DNA of 64,000 nt from Pocillopora damicornis (taxonomy: Eukaryota), in contig NW_020845583.1 of assembly GCF_003704095.1 (NCBI RefSeq), forward strand, positions 62,001 to 126,000. Direction: 5' to 3'. This document shows positions 1 through 12,100 of this stretch, piece by piece. The notes under the pieces are model-generated. The model did not search any database, had not been told where the DNA came from, and saw only the letters and a list, made by a program, of their open reading frames with translations. The number at the start of each line of letters is the position of its first letter. Position 1 is the stretch's first letter. The translations under genes were made by a program, and so were the position numbers.

Positions 1-1843
1 GAAGATAGTGAGGCTGAAAGCGTTGTCATTTATCCGACACAGGCCAGGAGGAAAAAAAAACAATTGCAGTAATTCAACCCAAACTTCCAAAAACAAAATC
101 TGAGACACTGGCAGAGCCGACTCCATCAATTAACTCTGCGAGAATGGTAACTTTATCCGCTTTTGGAACAAAGATGAGAGAGAGGACGTCTTAAAAGATA
201 GTCGCTGCGAAAGGCCTCCTCACCGTTAATCTTTGAAAGCAACTAGGTTTTTGGTACTTTGAGCGATTAAGGAAAGGATGTTGAACTTACTAAGTTGAGC
301 AAGAGGCATCCTGTGTGTGCACTACAAAGTTTTTTTTTCTTGAACTGAGCGAGCTTGTCGTGCTCATCCAATTCAGAGAAATGACTGAAGAAACAACGAG
401 CAACTTAGTCTGACTCAAAATTGGCGGTTATCGTCAATTTCACATAAGCACTCAGGCCTATGCTGCTATGGCATATAAATGTGAAATTAAGGTGCAAGGC
501 TGTAAAAGCAGACCTGTTGGAATAAGCCTGGTGATCTTGGACACGCGTAGTTTTCGTACGCCGCCAATATTGTGTTACAGGTGTGTTGGAAATGAAAAGA
601 AAAGCTAAAAGTCAACCCAAATAATTTAAAGGACAAAAGATGCTGATTTGTGATAACATAAATTATAGCCCTGCCGGTATTAGAAGATAAGACTAGAAGA
701 AATATTATGGCAGATATTTTGACGCTCACACGAGTAACTACGACACTGAAATTTAGCCAACATTCTATTATTCACGAAAACATTGCCACGAAGTGTCATT
801 TTTTTAAGTTCACCACACCGGTATGAAGCCGTTAAGTTGTATTTTTTTAAAAGAAGACAGACATAAGTGGAATCTGAATATTTCTGAAAGATGGTTTTCC
901 CTTTATTGTTTGTCTTTGGCTCTGAAAAAAAAAACAAACCACGCAAGATTATCAGTTAGTTGAGTCTCCTTCGAACAGGTTAATTTCACTTCATTAATAA
1001 AAATTTTATCAGGGATAAAATCACCCCTGATAGTAGATCTAGGAAAATTGATTAATTTTAGGTCATTAGGCGCTAAATTTGGCATGACTCATACAGAAAT
1101 AGACTGAAATAAAGGATAGCCACTACAATGGCGAAATACACGGCGCGATTTCGAAGGTTCAAAGACAGATTTTTATTGAAGTTTTGAATCTCCAAGAATA
1201 GCTTATTTTCCTATCTCAAGAGCCAATAAAAGACACAATCAATTACCGAGGAGCTATTATCTCCTACGCTGTCCTTATGATAAAACATATGTCATAAATA
1301 TATCGGAAATTAGGTAGACGCACATACACGACCTGGTACAAATATATAAGTTTATTTTGGAACCAAATACGTTCAGTCTCTTTTCGGTCCGGTTTTTAAG
1401 ATTATGTATGCAACTTCACGGTTTTAATTGTCATCACTCCATGTTTTTTCATTATGGCACAGGTAGTGCATGCACGACGTAGAGTTTACTTAGGTGGTAT
1501 GAATAATATATCGCTCCATACTAATTCGCGCTTGATTTATAATAATAATTACCATACATCTTTGCCATAAGATTTCCAAGTGAAAATTTCTTTTACGGCT
1601 TGTCGTACTGTAAACCTGTAAGATTAGTGCTATTGAGATTTACTTCTCAAATGGTATTTTTGCTTCCTTCAGAGGAAATGCATATGAGTCATGTTTGCGT
1701 AAAATGGAAGACCAAGTCACCTGTCTTGCCTAATAAGCTTTTATTGGCGCAAATGTTTCTTGGCAACTGTGACAGCTAAGCTGAAAAATAAAACACAACC
1801 GACCGTGTGATCGGCTTTGCAAGGATCAGCTTGAATAATTCGT

Positions 1844-3076
1844 TTAAAGCAAGCCTAAATCTCGAAGATTATGCACTAGAAGAAAATCATCCACTTGTTT
1901 CGAATTATTTCTACACAGTGCCGACCGTCTTCGTTTCTCCCTCAACGAAGTATACGGAACATGCATAGAAGCTTTTGGAAGTTCCTCTCTTGCGTTTTCA
2001 AGCGAGTCGATTAAAATTTGAATTTGTGGCATTCCTTGCAGAGAGTATGCAGTTTCTTCGCTTTGGTCTCGCTTCTCGTTTGAAGCGGTTTTTTCCTTAG
2101 ATTCATAAATACTTATTGATGGCGGCGAATTTGATCGCTGCTCATTCAAAACATGTATATCTTGCTCAAATGACACAGATGAATTGACATTCAAGTCTAT
2201 TTCGCATCGACTTACAGGTCGTCTGCCATTTGCAAGTGTTGCAACCGATAAACCTATTCTTTCTGATTGTCTTGTGGCTGTAGTAGAGCCTTTTCTTCTT
2301 TCGGATTGAATTCTGTTATTATTCTTTTCGTAGGCATGATGTTCGCTTTGTAAACGTAAGCTGTTTGAATTAAATCTCTTTTGAATTTTACCCGAAAATT
2401 CCTCACTTCTGATACACGTGTGTTGTACGACATCAGCTCTTGATTGCGAGTCAATAGGATATTGCCCACCTTCTGTTTTTGAACGCTGCCTTATTAGAAG
2501 TGTATTGCAGCCTTTACAACTGGATTTGTCACTATCAGATCCCACAGGGCTACTGAAAGATCGTTGAGGGATTCGCGGTTTAGATCGAAACCGATCTTTC
2601 CCCAGAGTTTCGCGTTTTTCAGCTAAGCAAGGCCTACCAACCACTTGTAAATGCTTATTATATTCACCGCTCGAGTCCTTTCTTTGCTGAGCTACGAAAC
2701 TGGAGAAGTCTACGTTTTTATGCGATTTCCCCTCACTGCTTTTCCTGCTTGTATCGTGACTAGCAGCTGACCCGTTCGACGACGCAAATGAAAATCTACG
2801 CGCGTTGCTCAATCTTCTCCCATGTCGTGCGTTATCCTGTATCGGTGGTAAAACAGAAAAACGCGTGAAAGTACCCATATTGTAGTTGAGATTTAACAGA
2901 GGAATGTTCTCCTCAGTTTCAGATTCACCATTGCTCTTTTCTAGCTCGTCATCGGAAAAAACGGTCTTCATGTTTGGGTTTTCGTCGCCTAACGGCCTGT
3001 CTTCTGTAAGCTTTGCATATTCAATTTTCGGTAAAAACAGTTTGTTTCCTTTGGGTATTTGCGACCTGGTGTTCAT
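1844..3076 (-). CDS. Intronless uncharacterised protein, 410 aa from the first ATG (MNTRSQ...), Ser/Arg-rich and probably disordered
   Basis: 1.3 kb stop-free frame in AT-rich DNA. The ORF-track start at 3142 is GTG; the first ATG is at 3076. No folded domain recognised; many RRxS/RxxS motifs. Confidence 0.65.
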   Translation of the reverse strand: MNTRSQIPKGNKLFLPKIEYAKLTEDRPLGDENPNMKTVFSDDELEKSNGESETEENIPLLNLNYNMGTFTRFSVLPPIQDNARHGRRLSNARRFSFASSNGSAASHDTSRKSSEGKSHKNVDFSSFVAQQRKDSSGEYNKHLQVVGRPCLAEKRETLGKDRFRSKPRIPQRSFSSPVGSDSDKSSCKGCNTLLIRQRSKTEGGQYPIDSQSRADVVQHTCIRSEEFSGKIQKRFNSNSLRLQSEHHAYEKNNNRIQSERRKGSTTATRQSERIGLSVATLANGRRPVSRCEIDLNVNSSVSFEQDIHVLNEQRSNSPPSISIYESKEKTASNEKRDQSEETAYSLQGMPQIQILIDSLENAREELPKASMHVPYTSLREKRRRSALCRNNSKQVDDFLLVHNLRDLGLL

Positions 3077-6000
3077 GGCGATAAAACTGTGGTCTTTTTG
3101 AATCTGTAAGTTCAATACTATTTGAGTTTCATGACGAACCACAAAAGGATTTTTGCCACTTTCCTTCCAACCTCATTTTACGTGTTTATAATTCCCCCGA
3201 TGCACCATCTGTTTTGTAACATTATGTTGATCAAGTAGATCACGTGGCACTCTTTTAATGAGCAGTTGTGAACAAGACGCCACAAACATAAATGAATTCG
3301 GCATTCGCATAAAGGTTAAGAAGAGAGCTTCTTCCCTATTCGTCAAAATAATCTATAACAAATATTTCAGTTCACTGTTCAAGTTTGCACGCAAACTCTC
3401 GTCTTAAATTGAAACGAGAGTGAAGTTGCATCTCGTTTTGATCGAAGTTTCCCCGAGACGTTTTTGAATAATTTTTACACAATTCTAGTGTGTTTCGTCC
3501 CATTTTTTCAAAATTAAATTTAAACGAGGATTACTTACCGAAAACCCGATTAATTAATTCATTTTAAAATTTTAATAGTATGAATAAGCATTGGCTGACC
3601 ATTCGAGTTTGGATTTTGGAAATACACATCAAACGATCATATGAACCAAAATCAGTGATAAGTGATTAAAATAGGAATTTTTTTAGTATTGAAAAATTTT
3701 TGGGAGATGCATGACATTGTTTTTAAAGTAATGGTGAAGTCAAATATGGTATTCTGAAGCTTAAAGTAATTATAAGTTGTGCTAAATGTATTTATACGTG
3801 GATCGACAGCTCTGCCTTTTGTCAGTAAACTGCTGAACTACGTTTTTGTTACTGATGATTTTGACTGTCTATATTGACCGGTAATTATTTAGTTAATGAA
3901 GTGCGCTAAATCAAGTATTTTATCATTATCATTATGCCGCTTTTTTTTCTTTGAAAAAAAAGAAAAAAAATCGTATCATCCCCTGAAGCTATTATCTACA
4001 AGATAATATCTTATATTACCAGCGGCGGGTCTAGAAGTTGAGCTGAGGGGGTCCCCGGTTTTTTTTTCGCTTTCCCTGCCGGCTTTTGTTCCTTTTCTTC
4101 CTTGATGTATTCAATAGTGCTTCCATGTTCAAAGATGGTTTTTCTTCTCAGATTAGTTACGGCTAATGGTTGTCATGCAATTAATATATTGAGAAACGAT
4201 AACAAAAAAATCACTTTACAAGGTTAATTTCACCTTCATAAATCTAAGCGTTTCTTTTTTAAAGCAGCATTTAAAACTGTCATTCCGTTCACCACGGAGC
4301 CAAAGAAGCTAAGAACATCCCCATTATTTTGGGACACCTCACACAATACGAAGTATGCTGTCAAGCGGGTCTCAATGGGGTGATGGTTTTTACGGCTAAC
4401 AGTTAACACTATTCCATTGTTGTCACCATTAAATTTGTCAATTTGTACGCCTAGAGGCTAAATTTTTTAGTTCGTTTTACAGCTATCGGTTTACCCCATT
4501 AAGACCCCCTGTTAGGCCTAAAATTAAACCATTCTATAGTGTATGATACTGATTTTTACGTGTTTACGAATATCTCTCAATGTTTTCCACTGAAAAGTAA
4601 CAAGAAAGTCAAAAACTGTCTATAATTTATAATCCATTTCTTAGCCAAAAATATTATAAGTAAGTGTAAATAAAATTTGCCAAATTGGTTTTGCTCTACC
4701 TGAAAGGTAATATAAAATTTAATCTAAATATATATATATATATAAATATATTATCTTTAATCCACGTTCTGATTATGCAAATCAAACTCATTTATTTGTT
4801 GTTATGATGGCTCATAACAGACTAACAATTCAACAAAAACAGTAATAATTTATTACTCTTTCAATGAAAGCTATCCCGCTGACTAGGAAAAGAGTTTGAT
4901 TGACGATAGTCGATATTGAAAAAGATTTCGTGATATTTAATTTTTTTTTGGATTTCAAAAAAAAAAAGCTTGCGGATGAACTTAACATATTTGTTAAAAA
5001 TTAAATTGTTCTGCCATTAAAGCTAAAAAAAATCCAAAATAATTCCTATTGTTGTTGTTTTTTCTTGTTTGCTTATTTCAATTTCGCCCTCTCTTCGGTC
5101 ACATGAAAGTATGGACCGCCTTTTAACTTGGAAGAAGAAAAATAGCAGACAATAAAAGGTGTGACAAATGAAATTTTCCACCCTTTTAATGCGAGACAAA
5201 CCCAAAATTATTCGTGGTTTTTTTTTTTTTTGGTTTCAATTTTGCTATCACTTTGGTCGCATGAAAGCATGGATCATTTTTCAACTTGGAAGCAAAATAT
5301 GGCAGGTGGCCACTTATCCCTAAATTGAAGGCGTGTTCGCTTCCTGTAATTGAATTCTTGCCACTTTAGATAAATAATTTCATTCAAGCGGTTCTTTTTA
5401 AAATAGGAATGCATCAGGAGAAAAGCAGGATCGATTAGACTGTCGAAAACGTAAATGTTCACTCTGCAAAGTGCATCATTCGATTACAAAATAGGATTGT
5501 ATCAGAATATTCCTTCATTATACATACAAACAGGTGCAATAATTTTATTCAGTAACCTCACCCAAAGTGTCCTGTAATGGTCTATAATGAAATACAACCG
5601 TGGGATATTTTGCGTCGCTTGCAAGCGTGAGAAAAATTAACTAAAAATTGTAGTCGAGAAAGGTCACTTTAAACCGCATATTAATTGATACAGCTGGATC
5701 AAAAATGGAATCAAAATAGGGCATACGGAACTCACATGGATTGGGCAGGAAAGGAAATGTACCTCTAAAGCCATTTCGTAAAGACCAATTTTTACTTCAA
5801 CTGTCTAATACCGTAGTAAATATGCAGGAGATATCATCCTTCCGCCTAATCAAATTAAAAATACCTCTCCAGCTGATAAGCACGAGTGATTAAATAGCCA
5901 AACCATCCACAAATCTTGTATAAATGATAAGCCATAATATTAATGGTAAATGAGCTGAAAACGCCGCAGGTTTGAAATACGATTGATAATCCGTTTTAGG

Positions 6001-6265
6001 CCATTAATATATTGATATACAATTTGAAGTGTGAATTATTGAGTAAATAATAAATTCTTAGTTTCTGGAGGCAAGCTTGGAAGATTTTTGGACGCTTTTT
6101 GAACGCCGTAACGTCTTCACCTGTCACGTGTTCAAACTTGGGCACCATCTAATTCCAATGAAAATTACAAAGCGGCCATGGAAACTTTGTAATTTTATTT
6201 TGCGCCAAAATTAAAGAGTAATTGCCAACAATGATATCACGAGAAAGAGTGAAGAGTGAAATCGC

Positions 6266-7210
6266 TCATGATGTGATTACTGAGTAGAATCCGCTCCTAG
6301 CAGTTCTCAGAGATCCTGAATGTGATCTGCTATCCTTTCCGAAACGAAACACGGCTCTTGTCTCGTTCTTGATATCCTGTTTTAGGAATGCGTATACAAT
6401 CGGATTAAGAACTGAGTTAACCATAATTAGCAGAGAAAAGAATATTTGGACATCGTCAGGGACTGCACAAAGGTTATACGGGGCTTGACAGAATGTGACG
6501 TAGATTTCTGTCCCGTAACATACTACGAATATAGCAACAACTGCAACCACTAATTTTACCGTTGACGATTTCAACCCAATTTTAACTGGTGCGTTCAGTA
6601 TTCTTGCAGAGTTTGCCGCCACGTTAAATCTAACCTGAGTCAACAGAACTGACATCTGCTTCGAAACTCTTCGGGCGATGAACAAGATATGCGAGGTTGT
6701 TACGATAAGGATTATCGTTGGCACAATTTCAAACAACAGCGTATACATGGTGATTATTACGAACTCTGCCTGGGCAGAAATCTCATTGTAATACAGTTCG
6801 TATGCCCATCTAGCGAAGATGAGAACACTCGGAACTCCCCAAGATGCCACAATGATAGTGATTGTTTTTGCAGTGGTCATAACGTATACGTATCTTAATG
6901 AATAAACGATGGCGATATAACGTTCCACAATCATCGCAATCATCGAGAAGGTGGAGGCTTCGATGAAAAAGCTGTAGAAATTAAAGCGAATGCTGTTGTT
7001 ACATGAGTGAACGAGTATGTTGCAAACAAAAGATGCTGGGAAATATCCACAAGTGACGCCCAGATCGGCGATTGCCAAAGAAAGAACAAACCAGTTGGCT
7101 GTTGTTTGTAATCTTCTTCTTTTCACGATGATGAAAATAATCCAGGTGTTTCCCAGGAAACCGAAAAGAGTTATAAACCAACCAACGACCCAAAACCAGT
7201 GAAGAGCCAT
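6266..7210 (-). CDS. Intronless rhodopsin-like (class A) GPCR, orphan, 314 aa
   Basis: Seven hydrophobic segments with GN (TM1), LAIAD (TM2), ERY (TM3), W in TM4, P in TM5, NPIVY (TM7) and a helix-8-like FLKQDIK. Confidence 0.93.
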   Translation of the reverse strand: MALHWFWVVGWFITLFGFLGNTWIIFIIVKRRRLQTTANWFVLSLAIADLGVTCGYFPASFVCNILVHSCNNSIRFNFYSFFIEASTFSMIAMIVERYIAIVYSLRYVYVMTTAKTITIIVASWGVPSVLIFARWAYELYYNEISAQAEFVIITMYTLLFEIVPTIILIVTTSHILFIARRVSKQMSVLLTQVRFNVAANSARILNAPVKIGLKSSTVKLVVAVVAIFVVCYGTEIYVTFCQAPYNLCAVPDDVQIFFSLLIMVNSVLNPIVYAFLKQDIKNETRAVFRFGKDSRSHSGSLRTARSGFYSVITS

Positions 7211-9115
7211 CCTTATTTTGACATCAAAGGTTTGATTCCTGAGACGATTTCATCACAATGCCTCAGAAATGAATAAATACCTACGTTTTCCCTCAAAATT
7301 ATTACACCTTTGGGTTAAAATTGTCATACAATGTGTAGATCGTATTTTTCTTTCTCCGTTTCTAAACGGTAGCTTATCACGACGTTATTACCTAAGAAAG
7401 TTTCTTCCAATTTCATTGAGAAACCTGCTGAAAGCTTACAAATAATTATGATCAAATTGAGCATAAATTTTAATTGTTAATTCCCGCCTTTTCAATGAAC
7501 CATACCTCCCCGCATTTCACGAAGGCTGGAACAGTTGTTCAGCTGAAAACAATTGAAAAGGAAATGATTTTCTTCAAATAATCTCCTCCTTTGCGTGGAT
7601 GTGAAAAGTGTTATTTGACAAATGACACTATTTGTTAAATAAAAATGCATAAGTCAAATCTCGTTTCATCCCGAAACATTTGTTAGACCCTAACAGAACG
7701 TTGCTGGACAACAGGGAATTCATTTTGCATGATATTTTGGGAAGAAGCAGCATACAGGGAGATGTTCTATTTTGTTCTCTTTACACACACAAAAAAAACC
7801 CTTGCTTCTAAGTGGCATGAAACAATTAACTGTGCTAAGGTCCGAAATTTGCATTAACTTAGGATAATCAAACAAACCTACAGGTAGAACAAAGGTAGAC
7901 AACTACAAAAGACGAAATTATTTACACAAAAATATTTTAAAAAAAGCGTTGAAGCGGTTATACATGCCATTTGAAACGCTAGTTAGTTAAAAATAGTTAC
8001 AACGATTGCAAAACCATGATAACAAAACTGTACAACGTTCTAGTAATAAATGAACTGACTTAAATTAAATCTTTTCTGTTATTATGATTTTAAGTTACCA
8101 GAAATTACATTGGGAAGTTATTATACAGAACTACATAAGGTAGCTTTATCTTCTATCTTTCGAAAAAAAACAACAACGAGAAGAAAAAAAAAAGGAGATC
8201 TCTATCCTTGACCACTTGGAGGTCATATCCATTGTAACGAGAATTTTTCTGCCAATTGGCGATACTCATTTGCATTTAGCTATAATATGATATTGAAAGA
8301 CGCTGACACCCTACACACCCGCGCAGTTTATCAGAGAGTTGAAACAAGCGTGAAGAACAGATATATTAATTTAGTTCGTCTTGGTCGTAAAAGATGTCAA
8401 TTTTCGCTATTTAACCCCACACTCAAAACGGCAATACCTCAGCCGGTAGCCTCGAGGTAAATGAAGAAATTTACTTTTGAATTTTTGTCTTCTCACTAGA
8501 ATAGAGCTGATATCTTGAAGACGGGGAGTTGGCGTGTAATCGATAGGATACGCAGATTCGCTCCGACAAGCAAGTTTTAAAGGATCGATGTGCAAGCGAT
8601 GAAAGTTTAGAAATGGTGTGGAGAAAAGAGGAAAATATCTTAAGCCACAATGACAAATGACTGATCAAAACCCAGCCGAGCAATTACCGATCGCATACTC
8701 TACCGCTAAACTAAAGCGAAGTCCTTGGCGAGCGACGAGGCTATATTATGCTTAGTTCTCGAGGGTCCTAACGTGTACTAAGATCGACATTCAGTGCTTC
8801 CAATCTCGATAGGAGTCAGCTCCATAAAAAAAATAAACTTTGTCAAAAAAAGAAAGCTATTAAATCCTTTTCGAGGAAGAGTGTGCACTCTTCCCCTGTT
8901 GAAACATTTTACTGTAATTTTCTACCGCACATTGAGAAGCAACTGTAGGGTTTAGGTCAAACTCCACCTCCTGTGTTCTGAGGGTAAAAAGTCAACAGAA
9001 AGGAGAGAATTGGAGAAGAGGCCTGGAACTAGAGTAATCCAATATGGCGGAGTACTTTGGCTATCACCTGTGAAATTCAGGTTCATAGTTCCAGATTATT
9101 CTAGGAATAAAAAAT

Positions 9116-12100
9116 ATGACTGATTCATACAATCAAGAAATTGCTGGAAAAGAGACGGATTCAACGACAACATGGATTTTGCTGCAGATAGCTGATTCAG
9201 GTATGAGTATATCAGCGAGTATGTAACTTGTAATTGGAAAGCTGATGTAAATTACGTGCAGGCTTAAAAGCGGTGTAATTTGTTTAACGAAAAAAAAACA
9301 TTATTAGTATTATTCATTACAAGTTATTTTCAGGAAAATAGTGAAACAATACTACTTTCAAAGCGAGAATTCAATGATATTTTCAAGATTATGTCGGTAA
9401 ACAGCTGAATAGACGTCAAGTGTTCCACGTTGAAGGCTATAAAAAGTAACATTTTAAAGCTAAGATGAACATATTACCTTGCCTCAATACCTTTCTTTGA
9501 TAACGAGGTGAAATTTTTGACGGGATATGAGATGTTTGACGTTTTTTCAAATGATTTTCGACTAATTTTTAGACAAAGCAGGTTAGTAACAAGTACACCA
9601 TGTTCACGGGTTTCGTTGCAGCAGCAGCAGCGGCAACCGCGTTTTCTGGCGCGTAATTTAGGCGGGAATTTTCAGGCAGATGTGAACCAACTAGATTCAA
9701 TTATTTCAGTATACAGTACTTTAAAACCAGCTTATGGTCTCGCAAATTCCAGAACATCAGAGGAAATTTAAAACAAAAACTTATGAAACATTGTAATCAA
9801 GCAGACAAGTAAGGAGAATAAAGAAAAATATCAGTTAGGGGATTGTAAGTTGATTCAACACCAAATTCTCCAAACTAACATCACAAGAACTTTATGGTAG
9901 ACATTAAGGAGAATTACTTATGAGATCTTGGGAGTTAGATGGTTAATGAAAGACTGAAACTAATTGCCTTACAGTCTTACAGTTTTAGAGCATTAACACA
10001 TTTCTTTGAGGCAATTATGTTTGAAAGAAGACAATTGTAAAATTGATAATAATCATTATAAAAACATCTCTAAGGAAGGTTAAAAATATCCAACTTTATT
10101 CAAATGATGACTGGTTGACATATGGCTGAAGTAACAGTTACAGTAACAGTAACAGTAACACAAAACTTCTGGTGAGCAGAAAATATATATCAAAATTATC
10201 TTCTCTAGAATTATATCAGTTTCATCTTTTGATTGGCAGCATTTCCTACTGGAGGATTCTCACATAGTTTTGGATTTGAATCTGCAACAAAACATGGCTT
10301 TGTAACAGAGTATAGTAAGTATGAAACAGAATGCAGTGTTCAGTAAATTATAATATTGGAGTACACAATGTAAATATACGTTAGCAACTTCAAGATTTAT
10401 CTTTGATAGTAAAGAGTAGGTTTTTGTCGCTGTTGCTATGTTAATTTTTTTGTTCTTTCTTTTTAGGTGCATTCAAAGCTTTTTTGTTCTCTTGCCTTCA
10501 AAACACAGGTAATACTCGGTGAAAGCTACCATTAATGAATCAAAGGGAATAATTCAATCATTTTATCATTTAAAAAAGGAAACAGTTCTTTGCACTTACA
10601 CATATTACCTATTTTGGCAAGTTGTCTTAAATGAAACATTAATCCAAAATTTCTATAAAATGTTTTCATGCGCTGTCTACTGGTGATGCAATGTTATAGT
10701 ATGGGCTGTGATCACATACCTCCTCCCTTGTTTGGGAGAGCACATTTTTTTTGTGACCACTTAAATCCTATGGAAATTCAGGTTGTCAGTTCACTATTTC
10801 TGATTTTTATTCAGTTAAACCTAGTTTAGCTATAAATATTTTGCTGGTGTGAATAGGTAGGTATCAGACCAATAGAAGAAGTTTTATGGTTAATACTCAT
10901 TTTCATTCTTTTCAGCTGTGCTTTTAACTACTAGTTAGGCAGAGGCCATGTAAAGCAAACACTCCTTTCTCTCTCCTCACCACAAAAAGCCGTTGATTTG
11001 CCTTTTCTCACAGCCCCAATGTTTTGTCCTCTACATGTAAAGCTATAGTTGATCTAGAGAGCTAACTGAAGTCCTTCATTTCAAATCCTTTAGCATCATT
11101 CAGTCTCTCTTTTGTCAATGAATCGCACAAGAATTGCCATGATGTTGAGAGGATCAAAGAGTTGGATGGAATGGTTCAAGCTTACCTCAGTAACCATGTA
11201 GCAAACAGAGCAAGCATCAGGCAGGTCAGTTATACATTATCTATAATAAATCTATTATACATTATTGATCAACAATAAAGCTCGCTACATATCTTTATTT
11301 TGAGGTGAATAAGTTGTTGATTCTGTATAATTTTTCTTTATTTTATCAACTAAAAAAACTGGCATTTGAATAGTAAAACCTGTTTAGCATAAGAACATGC
11401 ATTTTTACCCCCAGTACTTATCTGCATATGTGTAATTAACCATTTCTTCCCAGTGGTGATTAACCTGTTACTTCTCTCTATAATATCCATACATTATCCA
11501 GCAAACAGGTAATGAGAATACTCAAACTAATCTGCTAGTTTTTATCTTGATTTAACTCCAAATTCTCATGAATAATTTACAAGAAAATGTGTAGCTCGTA
11601 GAGGGGAGAGTTAGCAATAGATCTTGGGGGTCAAAGGGTTATTAGTGTTTAGGAGAATTAAGCTATCCATCAAGCATCTCCCACTCCTCTTACTTAAGGC
11701 ATAATTTCTTAGACCACTAACCCATGTAAGAAAATTTGAGAACTTCAATTATCTATTTGTTAAGTAATATGTAGCTTACAAGTCTCAACTGCTTGTTTCT
11801 AAGATTTTCTTTTTTATAATTTCTTTTTATCAGAAAAGCTATTACTGGTCATTAAAAGTCCCAAATTACTAGGCCAATTTAAGTCTCTCAGATTGAAACT
11901 TCTAAAAGGACATGATCAATTGTGATGTGTCACTACATTACAAGTATCTAAGCTTTTGCGGTATCGTTGTTTATCAGGGGAACTCCTTACTTGACACAGC
12001 TTGCAAAACATTTGGAAAACAAGAAATGAAAAACTTACAGGTATGTTCTAAATGACAAATGTTTGTAGTTATAAAAATACAACTTACATTTCTGCGTGGC

